DNA of 64,000 nucleotides, from assembly GCA_964567095.1 (NCBI GenBank), contig CAZMKN010000001.1:11675-75674 (forward strand), read 5' to 3'. A model generated the notes under the pieces. It worked only from the letters and a program-made list of their open reading frames with translations. It searched no databases and had not been told where the DNA came from. Shown here one piece after another: positions 18,229 to 27,608 of the stretch. The translations under genes were made by a program, and so were the position numbers. Each line of letters begins with the position of its first letter. Within the stretch, counting starts at the first letter, position 1. The DNA comes from an uncultured Candidatus Saccharibacteria bacterium (GTDB lineage: Bacteria > Patescibacteriota > WWE3 > UBA101185 > UBA10185).

Positions 18229-19233
18229 ATGAATAAAGATGTTGTAATTTCAGTAAAGACAGTAATTATTTCCTTGGGAATACTTCTCGGTTTATATGTA
18301 ACTTACGAGCTCAGAGCTGTTCTCTCTATTTTATTCATCGCCCTTTTACTTGTAATTTCTTTAGAGTTTGTGATAAAGCGTCTAACTACGGTTACATTTT
18401 TAAATAAACCCCTTTCCAGAGGTATTGCGGTTTTCGTTACATATGCATTACTGATTTTATTTGTTGCACTTGCCATAACAACAGCCATTCCTTTGCTAAT
18501 TTCCCAATCCCAAAAACTTATAAATAGTTTTTCTGACTTTTTAATTAATTTTGAGATTAGCGGCCAAATAGTCTTTGAAGATTTGTCTATTTTGGATGTT
18601 CTTTCTAAATTTACAAACGACGGTGACATTTCTTCAGTTTTTTTTGGCTCTCTATCTTTTATCTCAAGCCTTTTTACCTTTCTCGTTCTTTCCGTTTATA
18701 TTTCTCTTGATTGGGAAAACATAAAATTCCGCTTTCTGAATCTGTTTACAAAGAAAGTTGGGAAAGATGTAGGTGAGATTATAGTGTCAATTGAACGGAA
18801 TATAGGTGCTTGGGTACGCGGGGAGTTGGTATTAATGTCTACTGTAGGAGTTTTTAGCTTCTTTGCCTATTTTCTAGCGGGAATACATTATCCTCTTGCT
18901 TTAGGCTTTATTGCAGGGATGTTAGAGATTGTTCCCCAACTGGGTCCGATTTTTACCTCTGTAATAGTAACTGCAATCGGTTTTGCCCAGTCTCCTATGA
19001 AAGGCTTCTTGGCTTTGGGGATATCAATTTTAGTTCAACAGTTGGAGAATGACTTTTTGGTTCCTCGTGTCATGGGAAAGGTTTCAGGTTTTCGCCCCTT
19101 GATTATATTGATCGCGTTGCTTATTGGAAGCGATTTTTTTGGAATAGTAGGCGCGATTTTAGCGGTTCCAGTAACCATGATTTTAGGTATATTAGTCAGG
19201 CGATTTGTCCATTACCCTACTCTGAAGGAATAG
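18229..19233 (+). CDS. AI-2E family transporter (PerM/UPF0118)
   Basis: Multi-TM protein with LGFIAGMLEIVPQLGPIFTSV, typical of the AI-2E family. Confidence 0.7.
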   Translation: MNKDVVISVKTVIISLGILLGLYVTYELRAVLSILFIALLLVISLEFVIKRLTTVTFLNKPLSRGIAVFVTYALLILFVALAITTAIPLLISQSQKLINSFSDFLINFEISGQIVFEDLSILDVLSKFTNDGDISSVFFGSLSFISSLFTFLVLSVYISLDWENIKFRFLNLFTKKVGKDVGEIIVSIERNIGAWVRGELVLMSTVGVFSFFAYFLAGIHYPLALGFIAGMLEIVPQLGPIFTSVIVTAIGFAQSPMKGFLALGISILVQQLENDFLVPRVMGKVSGFRPLIILIALLIGSDFFGIVGAILAVPVTMILGILVRRFVHYPTLKE

Positions 19234-19293
19234 TTTTTTCCTTACAAAATTCTAACATCGGTACAAAATGCACGCTAAATGCTCACATTTGCG

Positions 19294-19415
19294 TTTAGTC
19301 GTTAAAGTGCCCACAGTACCTTACTATCTTTTTACAAGTTCTTTCGAACTTGTAAGCCCTAAATAAATGCTAAAGCATCATATTTAGCTCGTACAAGTTA
19401 GTAAACTTGTACGCC
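19294..19415. repeat. two copies of a composite palindromic unit, likely bidirectional terminators
   Basis: Each unit has a CTAAA...TTTAG palindrome followed by a perfect hairpin: TACAAGTT-ctttcg-AACTTGTA at 19333-19356 and GTACAAGTT-agta-AACTTGTAC at 19391-19412. They lie between the convergent AI-2E gene and rnpB. Confidence 0.45.
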
Positions 19416-19477
19416 ACAACGAAATCCTCACATTCGTTCGTATTTATGTTGAGTCGCCAAAATTCTTACAGAATCTT

Positions 19478-19898
19478 GACGCAGGAAGTCTATAAGCCGG
19501 ATTCTGTCGAGGGAAAGCATCTATCTACGCTCGACGAAATGTTCGCTTGCGCTTGCATTATCGCCGAGTCGTTTGAATCCAAATGATTCCAACGCTCCAT
19601 CTTCACATCGTGCTACAAAGTAGACTTGTCAGGTTAACTCAAACGATGCGGTCGTGGATTTCAGCGGGTGGGATTGCCCGTTTCACTCTTTCTCCGTGTC
19701 CGAAGATTTAGGAAAAAGCTCGTCTCTGCTGCTCTCAGAAGGTGTTGATTCACCCTCTGTCTCTTCGCTATTTCTAGTAAAGAGCACCAGCGGTTATGTA
19801 TTATCCGTCGGAGATTGCCCTCCGTCCCCTTACCTTGCGCAGTCCGGACTTTCCTCTCCGTGTTTTGAGGCACGGAGCGCTTTCCTGACTTCCTGCAA
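19478..19898 (-). ncRNA. rnpB: RNase P RNA (bacterial type)
   Basis: Minus strand reads 5'-GCAGGAAGUC... (P1) ...GAGGAAAGUCCGGACU (P4 5' strand)...AGGGUGAA...ACAGAAUCCGGCUUAUAGACUUCCUGC-3'. The P4 3' strand and P1 complement are both present. The locus is GC-richer than its surroundings and has no coding ORF. Confidence 0.8.
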
Positions 19899-19937
19899 TG
19901 TATATTTTACCATTTATTTTTATGCTATCATAGCAAT

Positions 19938-21014
19938 ATGCCGGATGACCTTGATCCAAAGAAATATCACGTTTTGGATGAAAAAAAGATGAAGATTGTT
20001 TATGTGGTTTTAGCTGTTTTGTTTTCTATTTTTACTCCAGTTTTAGCGACAGTTTATTATCGGTTTGCTATAAGTCGACCTTCCCAAACGTCCGATGAAC
20101 ATGAAGTTGAAATAGAGCCGGGAACGGGTATTGTGGAAATTGCTGGTAAGCTTTACGAAAAAGATGTTATTAATTCTAAAGTTCTATTTGTACTATATGT
20201 GGTTACAAATCATTCGGAAAACGATATTCAAGCAGGCGTCTATACTATTCCGGCGGGAATTTCACTAAAGGATTTGATCTCTATTTTAGAGCACGGAACA
20301 AATGATATTTTGGTCACATTTATAGAAGGATGGCGCGTAGAAGAATTCGCTTTAATAGCTTCCGAGAAGTTTGATGACGTTGATTACGAGGATTTTGTTG
20401 AAATGGCCATACCCTATGAAGGGTACCTTTTTCCGGATACTTATCTTTTTTCTTCCGATGTTACTGTCGAAGAAATGATCGATCGCCTTAAAGATACTTT
20501 TGAACTTAGAACCAAAGATATTTTAGAGAGCGAAGATCTCGAAGAGTTGGGTTTTACAAAAGACGAAGTGGTAATCATGGCCTCGTTGATAGAAAGAGAG
20601 GTCGCAGATATTTATGATCGCCCGTTGGTTGCCGGGATATTAGTGAAAAGACTAAGAGAGGATACCACGTTGGGCGTCGACGCTACTGTACAGTATTACG
20701 CTTCATCGCTACGCTCTGGCTGTACTTTTCCCTCTGATCGCGTGTGTCCAAAGGAGAAAGTAGCGAGGGAAATGGATTGGTGGCCTTATAGTTTGACTCA
20801 AGAGGAACTTGATTATGAAGCTGATTACAATACTAGAAAATATCCGGGACTTCCGCCGAAACCGATCTCTAGTACAGGTATTTCCGCTTTGGAGTCAGTT
20901 TTGAACTATAAAGAAACTTCTTACAATTTCTATCTGACAGATTCGGAAGGCGTTACTTACTTTTCTGAAACGCTTGCGGAGCACCAACAGAATATAGAAT
21001 TACACTTGCGCTAA
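19938..21014 (+). CDS. mltG: endolytic murein transglycosylase MltG (YceG-like)
   Basis: N-terminal TM helix and a YceG domain (...GVYTIPAGISLKDLISIL...ASLIEREV...PGLPPKPISS). Confidence 0.75.
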   Translation: MPDDLDPKKYHVLDEKKMKIVYVVLAVLFSIFTPVLATVYYRFAISRPSQTSDEHEVEIEPGTGIVEIAGKLYEKDVINSKVLFVLYVVTNHSENDIQAGVYTIPAGISLKDLISILEHGTNDILVTFIEGWRVEEFALIASEKFDDVDYEDFVEMAIPYEGYLFPDTYLFSSDVTVEEMIDRLKDTFELRTKDILESEDLEELGFTKDEVVIMASLIEREVADIYDRPLVAGILVKRLREDTTLGVDATVQYYASSLRSGCTFPSDRVCPKEKVAREMDWWPYSLTQEELDYEADYNTRKYPGLPPKPISSTGISALESVLNYKETSYNFYLTDSEGVTYFSETLAEHQQNIELHLR

Positions 21015-21431
21015 AGAGACCTCCAAGAGTTCTTTTGTAATATAAATCCCCTCTCTTTTTAGTATTTTTTTGTCGATTTTCATAGGGATATTTAGCAGTT
21101 GGGACGTGATAAATCCATGGTAAAAAGATGTTGTGATTTTTTTAGCCATAAATTTTGGTTTCGTTTTTATTATTGTGTTGTATTTTTGATCTTTTTCTTT
21201 TTGTAGAATTATCCCGGATATGTTTGAGATCTCCACACGCTTAACGAAGTTATAATTTATGGACCGGTCTTTTTGGCGTTCGTTATTTTTAATTACAAAA
21301 TCCACAATTTTATTATCTACCTTTAGGAAAAATATTTGTTTGGTGCTTTTGCAGAAGAAATAGGCATTAAAGACTATTACGTCCTCGTGTATCGACGGAA
21401 CAATAGCAAGAAACTTAATTCTTTTGAGCAT
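21000..21431 (-). CDS. hypothetical protein (K/I/N-rich)
   Basis: The ORF shows no recognisable domain and lies in an AT-rich region. Confidence 0.25.
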   Translation of the reverse strand: MLKRIKFLAIVPSIHEDVIVFNAYFFCKSTKQIFFLKVDNKIVDFVIKNNERQKDRSINYNFVKRVEISNISGIILQKEKDQKYNTIIKTKPKFMAKKITTSFYHGFITSQLLNIPMKIDKKILKREGIYITKELLEVSLAQV

Positions 21432-21485
21432 GAAACAATCTTACAAAATAACTATTAAGATTATATTAAATTTCGTTGTGAGATT

Positions 21486-23330
21486 TTAAATTCCGGCCCT
21501 TTTTTCCTTAATATAGTCTCTCCAACCCTCCAACAGTTCAATGAATGTAGAAAAAGGTGTGTCGACGAGTGTTGAAAAAAAGACACTAATGAAGTTGAAC
21601 TCTTTCCACTTGGATGAAAGCCAGCTTCCCATCTTCGCTAAAGGTATAGAGAAGAAATCAAGTATAAATTCAAATATACTGGTTCTTTCTTTTATGGTTA
21701 GTTCCTTAGACTTTTGTCGAATAACCATAGCGGCGAAAACTACAATCGCCACATTTACCGTGTCGATGTAAAGTGATGTTAAGGGCACTCGAGCGATTTT
21801 AAATATCCTGTAGATAAAAAACAAAGATGCTACTCCACCAAGAAGGTAAATTACTCCAAATATGAAGTTCTGGACCTTCTTGACTTTTTTGTTCAGCTTC
21901 ATTTTATATGTAATTTCTTCTTCGGTAATGTAAACTATTTTTTCTATCTCTTCTTTTACTTTAGGTAGATTATCCTCTGCTGGAGGTCTGATTATTCCCA
22001 CTAGAATGAACATAAGTGCTGTGGGAATCATAATATCGGCTACAATTGCCCAGGGAGAAAATCCCCCATAAAAAAGCTTTGCGATTGGAAATTCAAAAAC
22101 AAAAAGGCTTGCGGCTCCTGCTACAAATATCGAAAGAGTCGAGTATACGGCACTTCTAAATAAACGTTTCTTTAAAGTTGAGAACCTTTTTTTGTAAACT
22201 TTTTCTATTAGTTTGTGAAGATTTTCCTTTTTAGCTAGTTCTTCCTCCAAATTTTCGTTATCTTCTACGTCCTTTAATACATCTGATAGTATTAGAAACG
22301 CAGCATCGTATTTTTCACAAATATTTTGGAACCCGCCTCTTTTTGGATGTTTTAACTCTTCCTTTATGTTATTCCAAATGTTTTCTATATTGTCAGTGAA
22401 CTCTTCTGTAAAAATCTGCGTATTATCTACAAAAAGTGGGTACTTATTTTTTAATACATGATAGGTGATTACGGGTTCGTCTAAATTAAAGAGCATTTTG
22501 TGTACTGCTATGTAGGTTTGAATGTATTTTTCCTCTTCAGATAGGGCTCCTTCAGGAATAATCTTGATTCTTTGAGTCATTGTTTCTGTCATGAAATTTA
22601 ACAGGGCATCCTCTTTGTATGGGTAGTCTAGCGTTTCCTCTATCTCACAGGCGGCTATTTCTAGAATCCAGTTATAGAAATGAACTTTAACTTTTATGGC
22701 CAGGGCGTTTTCTTTTGCGTACGGGCTGTTTTTTAATATGTAGATGTATTTATCCAATATTTTGGCTACGGCAGTGATTTTATCCTCTGAGATTTTTCCG
22801 TTCTCAAAATATCCGGTGCGTATTATTTCAAGAGTTACTGGTCCCGCAATTTCCTTAGGTTTTAAATCCGGCAGCATCGTAATTTCCGATATCTCCGATA
22901 TTAATCTGCGTTTAAGTATTCTCTCAATGGATGTTCTTCTAACTAAGTTTTCTTCTTTCCAGTCGATAACTCTACGAACTTTTTCGTAGACCTTAGCTAT
23001 TTTTGTAGCGATTTCGTCAACATAGATTGCGTTGTCGGGGGTTTTCTTTTTGATTTTTACGCCTTGTTTGTATTGCTCAAGATATGGAAATATGGCGGGA
23101 TTAAATATTTCTCGATCGGCACTCTCTGCCCATTCATTTTCCTCTTGCTGCTCGTCCGATTTTTGATTTTCACTTGTGTCGGCTATTTGTGAGGGTATCC
23201 GAGATATAGTACTTTCATTGTGCACCCGCTCTTCTAGCGGAGACTCTTTTGGAAACTGCATTTTAGTCTTCTCCGTTTCATCTTTGCTTTTTTGGTTAAG
23301 GTAAATTACTCCTTTCATATCAGCAGACAT
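21486..23330 (-). CDS. hypothetical membrane protein (614 aa; soluble N-half, four or more C-terminal TM helices)
   Basis: Long ORF whose C-terminal hydrophobic helices flank charged loops. No recognisable motif. Confidence 0.5.
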   Translation of the reverse strand: MSADMKGVIYLNQKSKDETEKTKMQFPKESPLEERVHNESTISRIPSQIADTSENQKSDEQQEENEWAESADREIFNPAIFPYLEQYKQGVKIKKKTPDNAIYVDEIATKIAKVYEKVRRVIDWKEENLVRRTSIERILKRRLISEISEITMLPDLKPKEIAGPVTLEIIRTGYFENGKISEDKITAVAKILDKYIYILKNSPYAKENALAIKVKVHFYNWILEIAACEIEETLDYPYKEDALLNFMTETMTQRIKIIPEGALSEEEKYIQTYIAVHKMLFNLDEPVITYHVLKNKYPLFVDNTQIFTEEFTDNIENIWNNIKEELKHPKRGGFQNICEKYDAAFLILSDVLKDVEDNENLEEELAKKENLHKLIEKVYKKRFSTLKKRLFRSAVYSTLSIFVAGAASLFVFEFPIAKLFYGGFSPWAIVADIMIPTALMFILVGIIRPPAEDNLPKVKEEIEKIVYITEEEITYKMKLNKKVKKVQNFIFGVIYLLGGVASLFFIYRIFKIARVPLTSLYIDTVNVAIVVFAAMVIRQKSKELTIKERTSIFEFILDFFSIPLAKMGSWLSSKWKEFNFISVFFSTLVDTPFSTFIELLEGWRDYIKEKRAGI

Positions 23331-23446
23331 TATAACTTATTATAGGGTGTTTTTCGACTTCATGTTGGACAAACCCAGGACAGTCTTGGTTTAAATGGAC
23401 ACAGTTTAGACAGCATGTTTTGAGACTCGTTCACTCACACAATTTT

Positions 23447-24961
23447 TTAATATTTAAAGACCTTCTCAGAGATCCTGAATTTTTCAATGATCGCGCTATT
23501 CTCATCGTTATTTTTGACCAAAATAATTGTGTAATCATCTACATATATTGGTGACCAGCTCGTATCTTTTATCCTTTCGATTAGAAAGGGCTGCGCCCAG
23601 GGAGTTGCATCGTGTCTATAAAAGTAGATGGTCTGGAAGTTGTAGGTTTTGTCCCATTGTTTCCACGTTTCCTCATTCTCTTGTATTTTAATGTAGGTGT
23701 TCTTTAGAAAATCTACGCTATATGCCTCCGGTCGATTGTCTACAAAAACTTTTTGTTCTGGATATAAGTGGTATATTAAATATCCTCCAATGTCGTAATT
23801 GTTGAATATTGGGCCTTTTAAGCTGTTTTCCTTGAAAAATTCTGCGGAGTTATTGTTGTTTGGTAGCACGCCCATCCCAGTTTGTGTGTCAAAGGGGGAG
23901 TAGTAGAAGTTTTTTGTAAATATTCCTAACAAACCTAATCCTATGGAAAAAAGATACACCGTCTGCCCGTTTTTATCTGGAAGTCTTGGTATCCTTGCAA
24001 AAAAAGGTATAGCAAAAAACCCAAATAGCGGGATTATCCTGATCATCTTAAATCCGAGAATGGCAAAAGTTATTGTAGGAATAACAAAAATGACCCTTTC
24101 CTTAAATGATTTTTCTTTAACGAAAAATGCAATAAGAACCGGTACTAGAAGTAGCATGACTTCATAGTGGACATATAAGAACTTGGGAAATCTTCTCTGC
24201 ATGAATAAGACAGACTGGTTTTCCACTATCATATACCCGTATTCTCTAAAGATCATGAAAGGTTCTACTAAGCCTTTAAATCCGTATGGATTTATTAAAC
24301 ATATTAGTGTGGACAGGAAAATTATTATTGATATCTGTCTTACATACTCACTATCTTTTTGGTTTATTAATCCGTCTAACCAAAAAATACCGATCAGAAA
24401 TAATCCGAATATGAAAAATATATGTAAATTTACCCATAGGAGCTGTAATCCTAAAATTAATGGGAGTACAAATCTGAACTTGAGTTGTTTTTTGCGAAAT
24501 TTGTAGAGTGCGAAAAATAAAATTCCAAGGAAAAGGTAGCTAAAACCTTCCGGTCGGATCTCAGTTCTACTCACAATAAGTGGAATAGTCAGAATAGATA
24601 CGATGGTGGCTTTTTTTATTGATGTTTCTTCCTTTGCAATAAGAAAGAATAGGACTATTGGTATGGCGTTAATAAATGCATAAAAAATCGATAGGCCTGT
24701 GAAACCTACCCAACCATGTACTTTTGCAAATATTATTCCTGAAGCCCAATGATGGTTTATAGTTTTGTTTTCAGGTTCAGTATATGAGTAGAAGTTGGTA
24801 GAGATTATTTGCTTGGTTGCTAATGTGATTTGGCCGTTTTTTATATGTCGTCCAAGGTCGGCAGTTGTTAGGTTTATTTTCTTAGCAAAGAAAAAGAAGC
24901 TGTAGAGAAAAATAAATGTTGTTAAAACTAACGCGACGACTTTATCCTCCATTTTGATCAT
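23447..24961 (-). CDS. polytopic membrane protein, GT-C-like (ArnT/PMT-type) with a C-terminal soluble domain
   Basis: About 11 TM helices and then a ~140 aa soluble C-terminus. The start is probably at MIKMEDKVV... (24961), not the listed 25012, because an intergenic repeat occupies 24994-25062. Confidence 0.4.
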   Translation of the reverse strand: MIKMEDKVVALVLTTFIFLYSFFFFAKKINLTTADLGRHIKNGQITLATKQIISTNFYSYTEPENKTINHHWASGIIFAKVHGWVGFTGLSIFYAFINAIPIVLFFLIAKEETSIKKATIVSILTIPLIVSRTEIRPEGFSYLFLGILFFALYKFRKKQLKFRFVLPLILGLQLLWVNLHIFFIFGLFLIGIFWLDGLINQKDSEYVRQISIIIFLSTLICLINPYGFKGLVEPFMIFREYGYMIVENQSVLFMQRRFPKFLYVHYEVMLLLVPVLIAFFVKEKSFKERVIFVIPTITFAILGFKMIRIIPLFGFFAIPFFARIPRLPDKNGQTVYLFSIGLGLLGIFTKNFYYSPFDTQTGMGVLPNNNNSAEFFKENSLKGPIFNNYDIGGYLIYHLYPEQKVFVDNRPEAYSVDFLKNTYIKIQENEETWKQWDKTYNFQTIYFYRHDATPWAQPFLIERIKDTSWSPIYVDDYTIILVKNNDENSAIIEKFRISEKVFKY

Positions 24962-24993
24962 GGAGAAATTATAACAGGGCGAAAAGCAGCAAT

Positions 24994-25062
24994 GGTCGAG
25001 CACGTCGGTCATGAAATTTCAGAAAATGTTGTACGATACTCGGCTTCTCTAGGATACATGGT
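24994..25062. repeat. intergenic repeat copy A (GGTCGAG-N6-GGTCATGAAATTT...)
   Basis: GGTCGAGCACGTCGGTCATGAAATTTCAGAAAATGTTGTACGATAC... is ~70% identical over ~70 nt to the copy at 26011. Confidence 0.6.
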
Positions 25063-25065
25063 TGA

Positions 25066-25983
25066 TTATAGCGAACCATGTTTACATCTTTTTAGTGCCT
25101 TTAATATATCAAGTATAGAGTCAGAAATATTGCCCTCCTGAAGATTTTCAAAAAATGTGGTTATAAATAGCATGCCTCTATTTTTTTCCAACTCCAAACC
25201 CTTTTCTATTTCATAATTATCAAAGACACGCTCACTTATAAACCCAATATGTACAGCCCTAATTAAATGTTCCTCGAAGCAAATTCGCCAATTATTGTAT
25301 GCTTTCGGATATTTCGGATGTTGTTTTGCCTCTTCAAGTAAATTTTCGATTTCATCAATATCTTTTCTATAAGGTTTTAATACTTCCTTTGCAATTGGAT
25401 GAGAACCTTCATGAATAATAGCGTGAAGTAGTGCTCGTTTGTTAATTTCCCCCATAACACCTACTACTTGGTAATTAATGTTTCCAATCTGTGGTCCAAA
25501 GCTTCCGTGGGTAAATGGGTTTGGAATTACGACCATTTCATTTTTTACTTTCTTTCCCCATACTCTTTCTAACATTTCCTCAACATTTGCTTGTGAAATA
25601 ATTTGTTCCATTTCTTTTTTTATAGCTTCAAGGGAAATTTCTAGTTCCTTATAATAAGTTTTAAAATCAGTTTTATTGTAGAAATCAACTAAATAGGGTT
25701 TAATAATTTTACCTTTATCAATATGCCAGTGAAGTTCCGAGGATATCTCAACATTTCTCGGTTCAAATTCTGGAGGTTTACCAACGGTTAGTGACCAAAC
25801 CACCACCTTGTGCTCATGAATATATTCACCTACTTTTGGTGCATTTCCCATATAATCTTTGAAATGATTTTTTACCTGTTCTTGTAATGGGTGGGTGTTT
25901 GAATCTCCACCTGCCTGGTCAAATCTATTTAGAAATGAGTAGAGAAGTGTGAGATTTTCATTGGTTTCAACTCGTATACTCAT
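25066..25983 (-). CDS. putative zinc metallopeptidase-like protein (HExxH)
   Basis: AIIHEGSHPI contains HExxH. Otherwise no recognisable domain. Confidence 0.4.
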   Translation of the reverse strand: MSIRVETNENLTLLYSFLNRFDQAGGDSNTHPLQEQVKNHFKDYMGNAPKVGEYIHEHKVVVWSLTVGKPPEFEPRNVEISSELHWHIDKGKIIKPYLVDFYNKTDFKTYYKELEISLEAIKKEMEQIISQANVEEMLERVWGKKVKNEMVVIPNPFTHGSFGPQIGNINYQVVGVMGEINKRALLHAIIHEGSHPIAKEVLKPYRKDIDEIENLLEEAKQHPKYPKAYNNWRICFEEHLIRAVHIGFISERVFDNYEIEKGLELEKNRGMLFITTFFENLQEGNISDSILDILKALKRCKHGSL

Positions 25984-26010
25984 ATGGTAATAATAACAAA
26001 GTAGACTTGG

Positions 26011-26097
26011 TTGAGTACGTTGGTATTGAAATTTCTGGAAATGTTATTCCATACATGGTTTCTCCAGGCTATATGGTCGAGAAGGAGCGATGAATCT
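26011..26097. repeat. intergenic repeat copy B plus partial B'
   Basis: GGTTGAGTACGTTGGTATTGAAATTTCTGGAAATGTT...CATACATGGTTTCTCCAGGCTATATGGTCGAGAAGGAGCGATGAAT, with a second GGTCGAG start at 26077. Confidence 0.6.
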
Positions 26098-26371
26098 TGA
26101 ACAGCTTTTACCACTTGCAGAATCTATATTTGAGAATTGGAATACAGAAAAGTTTGATGAGAGTTTGTTAGTTCCAGTAGGTATGGGTATGAAATATGCG
26201 GCTTCCTACAAGTATTAGCTTTGAAAACAAAAACAACTCCATAGGGAGTTGTTCATAATGGAAGCGAGTCTCTTGATGATTCTTCATCATTGTAGGCGCC
26301 CAATCGTGCCTCGTTATTCGATGCTAAAAGCACCTATATTCGCTTGATAAGTAAATTGTATCATATGAAAA

Positions 26372-26387
26372 TGGTCGGGGTGACAGG
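26372..26387. repeat. att-like direct repeat matching the 3' end of tRNA-Pro (15/16 nt)
   Basis: TGGTCGGGGTGACAGG here versus TGGTCGGGGTGACTGG at 36254-36269, which is the acceptor/T-arm 3' end of the minus-strand tRNA. Confidence 0.5.
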
Positions 26388-26549
26388 CAATACCGTCGCT
26401 ACGCTCCTGTTGCATCCACAACTACTAAGTTCACTAAGTATTGTGTAGACTCTTTCTCGCATGTCACACAAACAAGAAAAATGCCCACATCCATCTTTGA
26501 CGGATCTGTACACTTTTCTGGTCGACCATAGTAACTAGTGTTCGCAGCT

Positions 26550-26750
26550 TTATTTAGTAAATATTCCTATACAGGCGTGTTGCTCTAACTTTCCTGGATT
26601 TGTGGGATTTTTGTAGACCTTTGTAACGATTCTTATCCCCATGCAATTTTCTATCACGCCTCCGGCATCATGTCTGTTGAATAGGAACAATCCAAGTGCC
26701 GTAATTACTACTAATATGCTGAATGCAATGAAAATCGACTTTGTGTTCAT
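26550..26750 (-). CDS. small hydrophobic protein (66 aa)
   Basis: Single predicted TM helix. The call is weak. Confidence 0.25.
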   Translation of the reverse strand: MNTKSIFIAFSILVVITALGLFLFNRHDAGGVIENCMGIRIVTKVYKNPTNPGKLEQHACIGIFTK

Positions 26751-26802
26751 AACTATATATTATCAAAAAAACATGGTTTGCCATAGCTGACCACATTTGT
26801 AA

Positions 26803-26985
26803 CTATTTCTTGGGAGTAAAGAAGTAACTTATTGCACAAAATCCAAACCCGAACAGTTCTATTATTAGTATAAATAACAAACTAGTATGACCTGAAACAA
26901 CAAAATAACCGGAAATCAGGGTTAAAAAACCAAAGAAGCTCATGAGATTTCTTGATAATAATTTACTCACGTTGTAATTGTACAA
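26803..26985 (-). CDS. small hydrophobic protein (60 aa)
   Basis: Two predicted TM helices. The call is weak. Confidence 0.25.
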   Translation of the reverse strand: MYNYNVSKLLSRNLMSFFGFLTLISGYFVVSGHTSLLFILIIELFGFGFCAISYFFTPKK

Positions 26986-26994
26986 AATTTTCCT

Positions 26995-27040
26995 GGTCGA
27001 GAAGTACGGTCATGAAATATTATTCTCTTCAGGATGTAAA
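26995..27040. repeat. intergenic repeat copy C
   Basis: GGTCGAGAAGTACGGTCATGAAATATTATTCTC. It lies immediately upstream (in minus-strand sense) of the small 60-aa ORF at 26803-26985. Confidence 0.55.
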
Positions 27041-27117
27041 TAAGACAAACGAGACACTACAGGAAACTTTTTCTAGGTATATCTTGCTATATTTTTTCAG
27101 CGAAAGCTTGGCTTATT

Positions 27118-27558
27118 CTAAACTTCAAGAATGGTCTTTAAGTTTTCAAGCATCTGACGTGTTGTGTTTTGGGCAATTTTATTAATTATTAGTTTGTTCG
27201 TTATTCTTTGTAATGCGGTTTCCGAAAGTTCATAGTCGATTTGAACTTTTACTTCTGTACTGCCATTATCTGTCGAAGTTAACTCGTAGGTCCATGTTGA
27301 GTCAGCGTCTCCTTTTGAGGAAATCACGACTTTAGTTGGAGCTGTATATTCTATAACCTCAGCTTTTCCTCTAAGGTCGCTTCCAGCCATGTTAAATCGC
27401 CAATCAAATTTTTGACCAACACCGTCTTGTTCAGGGAAGATATTGGTATTCTCGTTTAAATTAGGTACGAAAGCTGGGCCATTATACGGGGATGCCATAT
27501 AGGTAAAAACTTCGTTTAACGGTTTATTAATAGTAGTTTTTGATGAAACTGTAGTCAT
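27118..27558 (-). CDS. SRPBCC (Bet v1-like / polyketide cyclase-like) small-ligand-binding protein
   Basis: At 146 aa, its secondary-structure pattern and size fit the SRPBCC/Polyketide_cyc2 fold. Confidence 0.4.
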   Translation of the reverse strand: MTTVSSKTTINKPLNEVFTYMASPYNGPAFVPNLNENTNIFPEQDGVGQKFDWRFNMAGSDLRGKAEVIEYTAPTKVVISSKGDADSTWTYELTSTDNGSTEVKVQIDYELSETALQRITNKLIINKIAQNTTRQMLENLKTILEV

Positions 27559-27608
27559 TTTTGTGTTCCTTAAAATAATTACGCTTACTATTTGAGTTTA
27601 TCACAAAA

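Noticed and set aside
19240-19480. Possible tmRNA or SRP RNA in the structured spacer 3' of rnpB
   Set aside because: No tRNA-like acceptor/T-arm pair, no ...ANDENYALAA-type tag frame, and no SRP domain IV GGAA/AGCA motif are visible. The hairpins look like terminators instead.
19654-19992. ORFs 19654-19992 (+) and 19661-19873 (-) in the AI-2E/mltG spacer
   Set aside because: They overlap the RNase P RNA gene. The locus has P1/P4 RNA signatures and the translated products are low-complexity, so these are spurious ORFs in a GC-rich ncRNA.
24962-25012. N-terminal extension (MTDVLDHCCFSPCYNFS...) of the GT-C-like protein
   Set aside because: The extension overlaps intergenic repeat copy A and is Cys/His-rich non-membrane sequence. 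The internal Met (MIKMEDKVV, 24961) is taken as the start.
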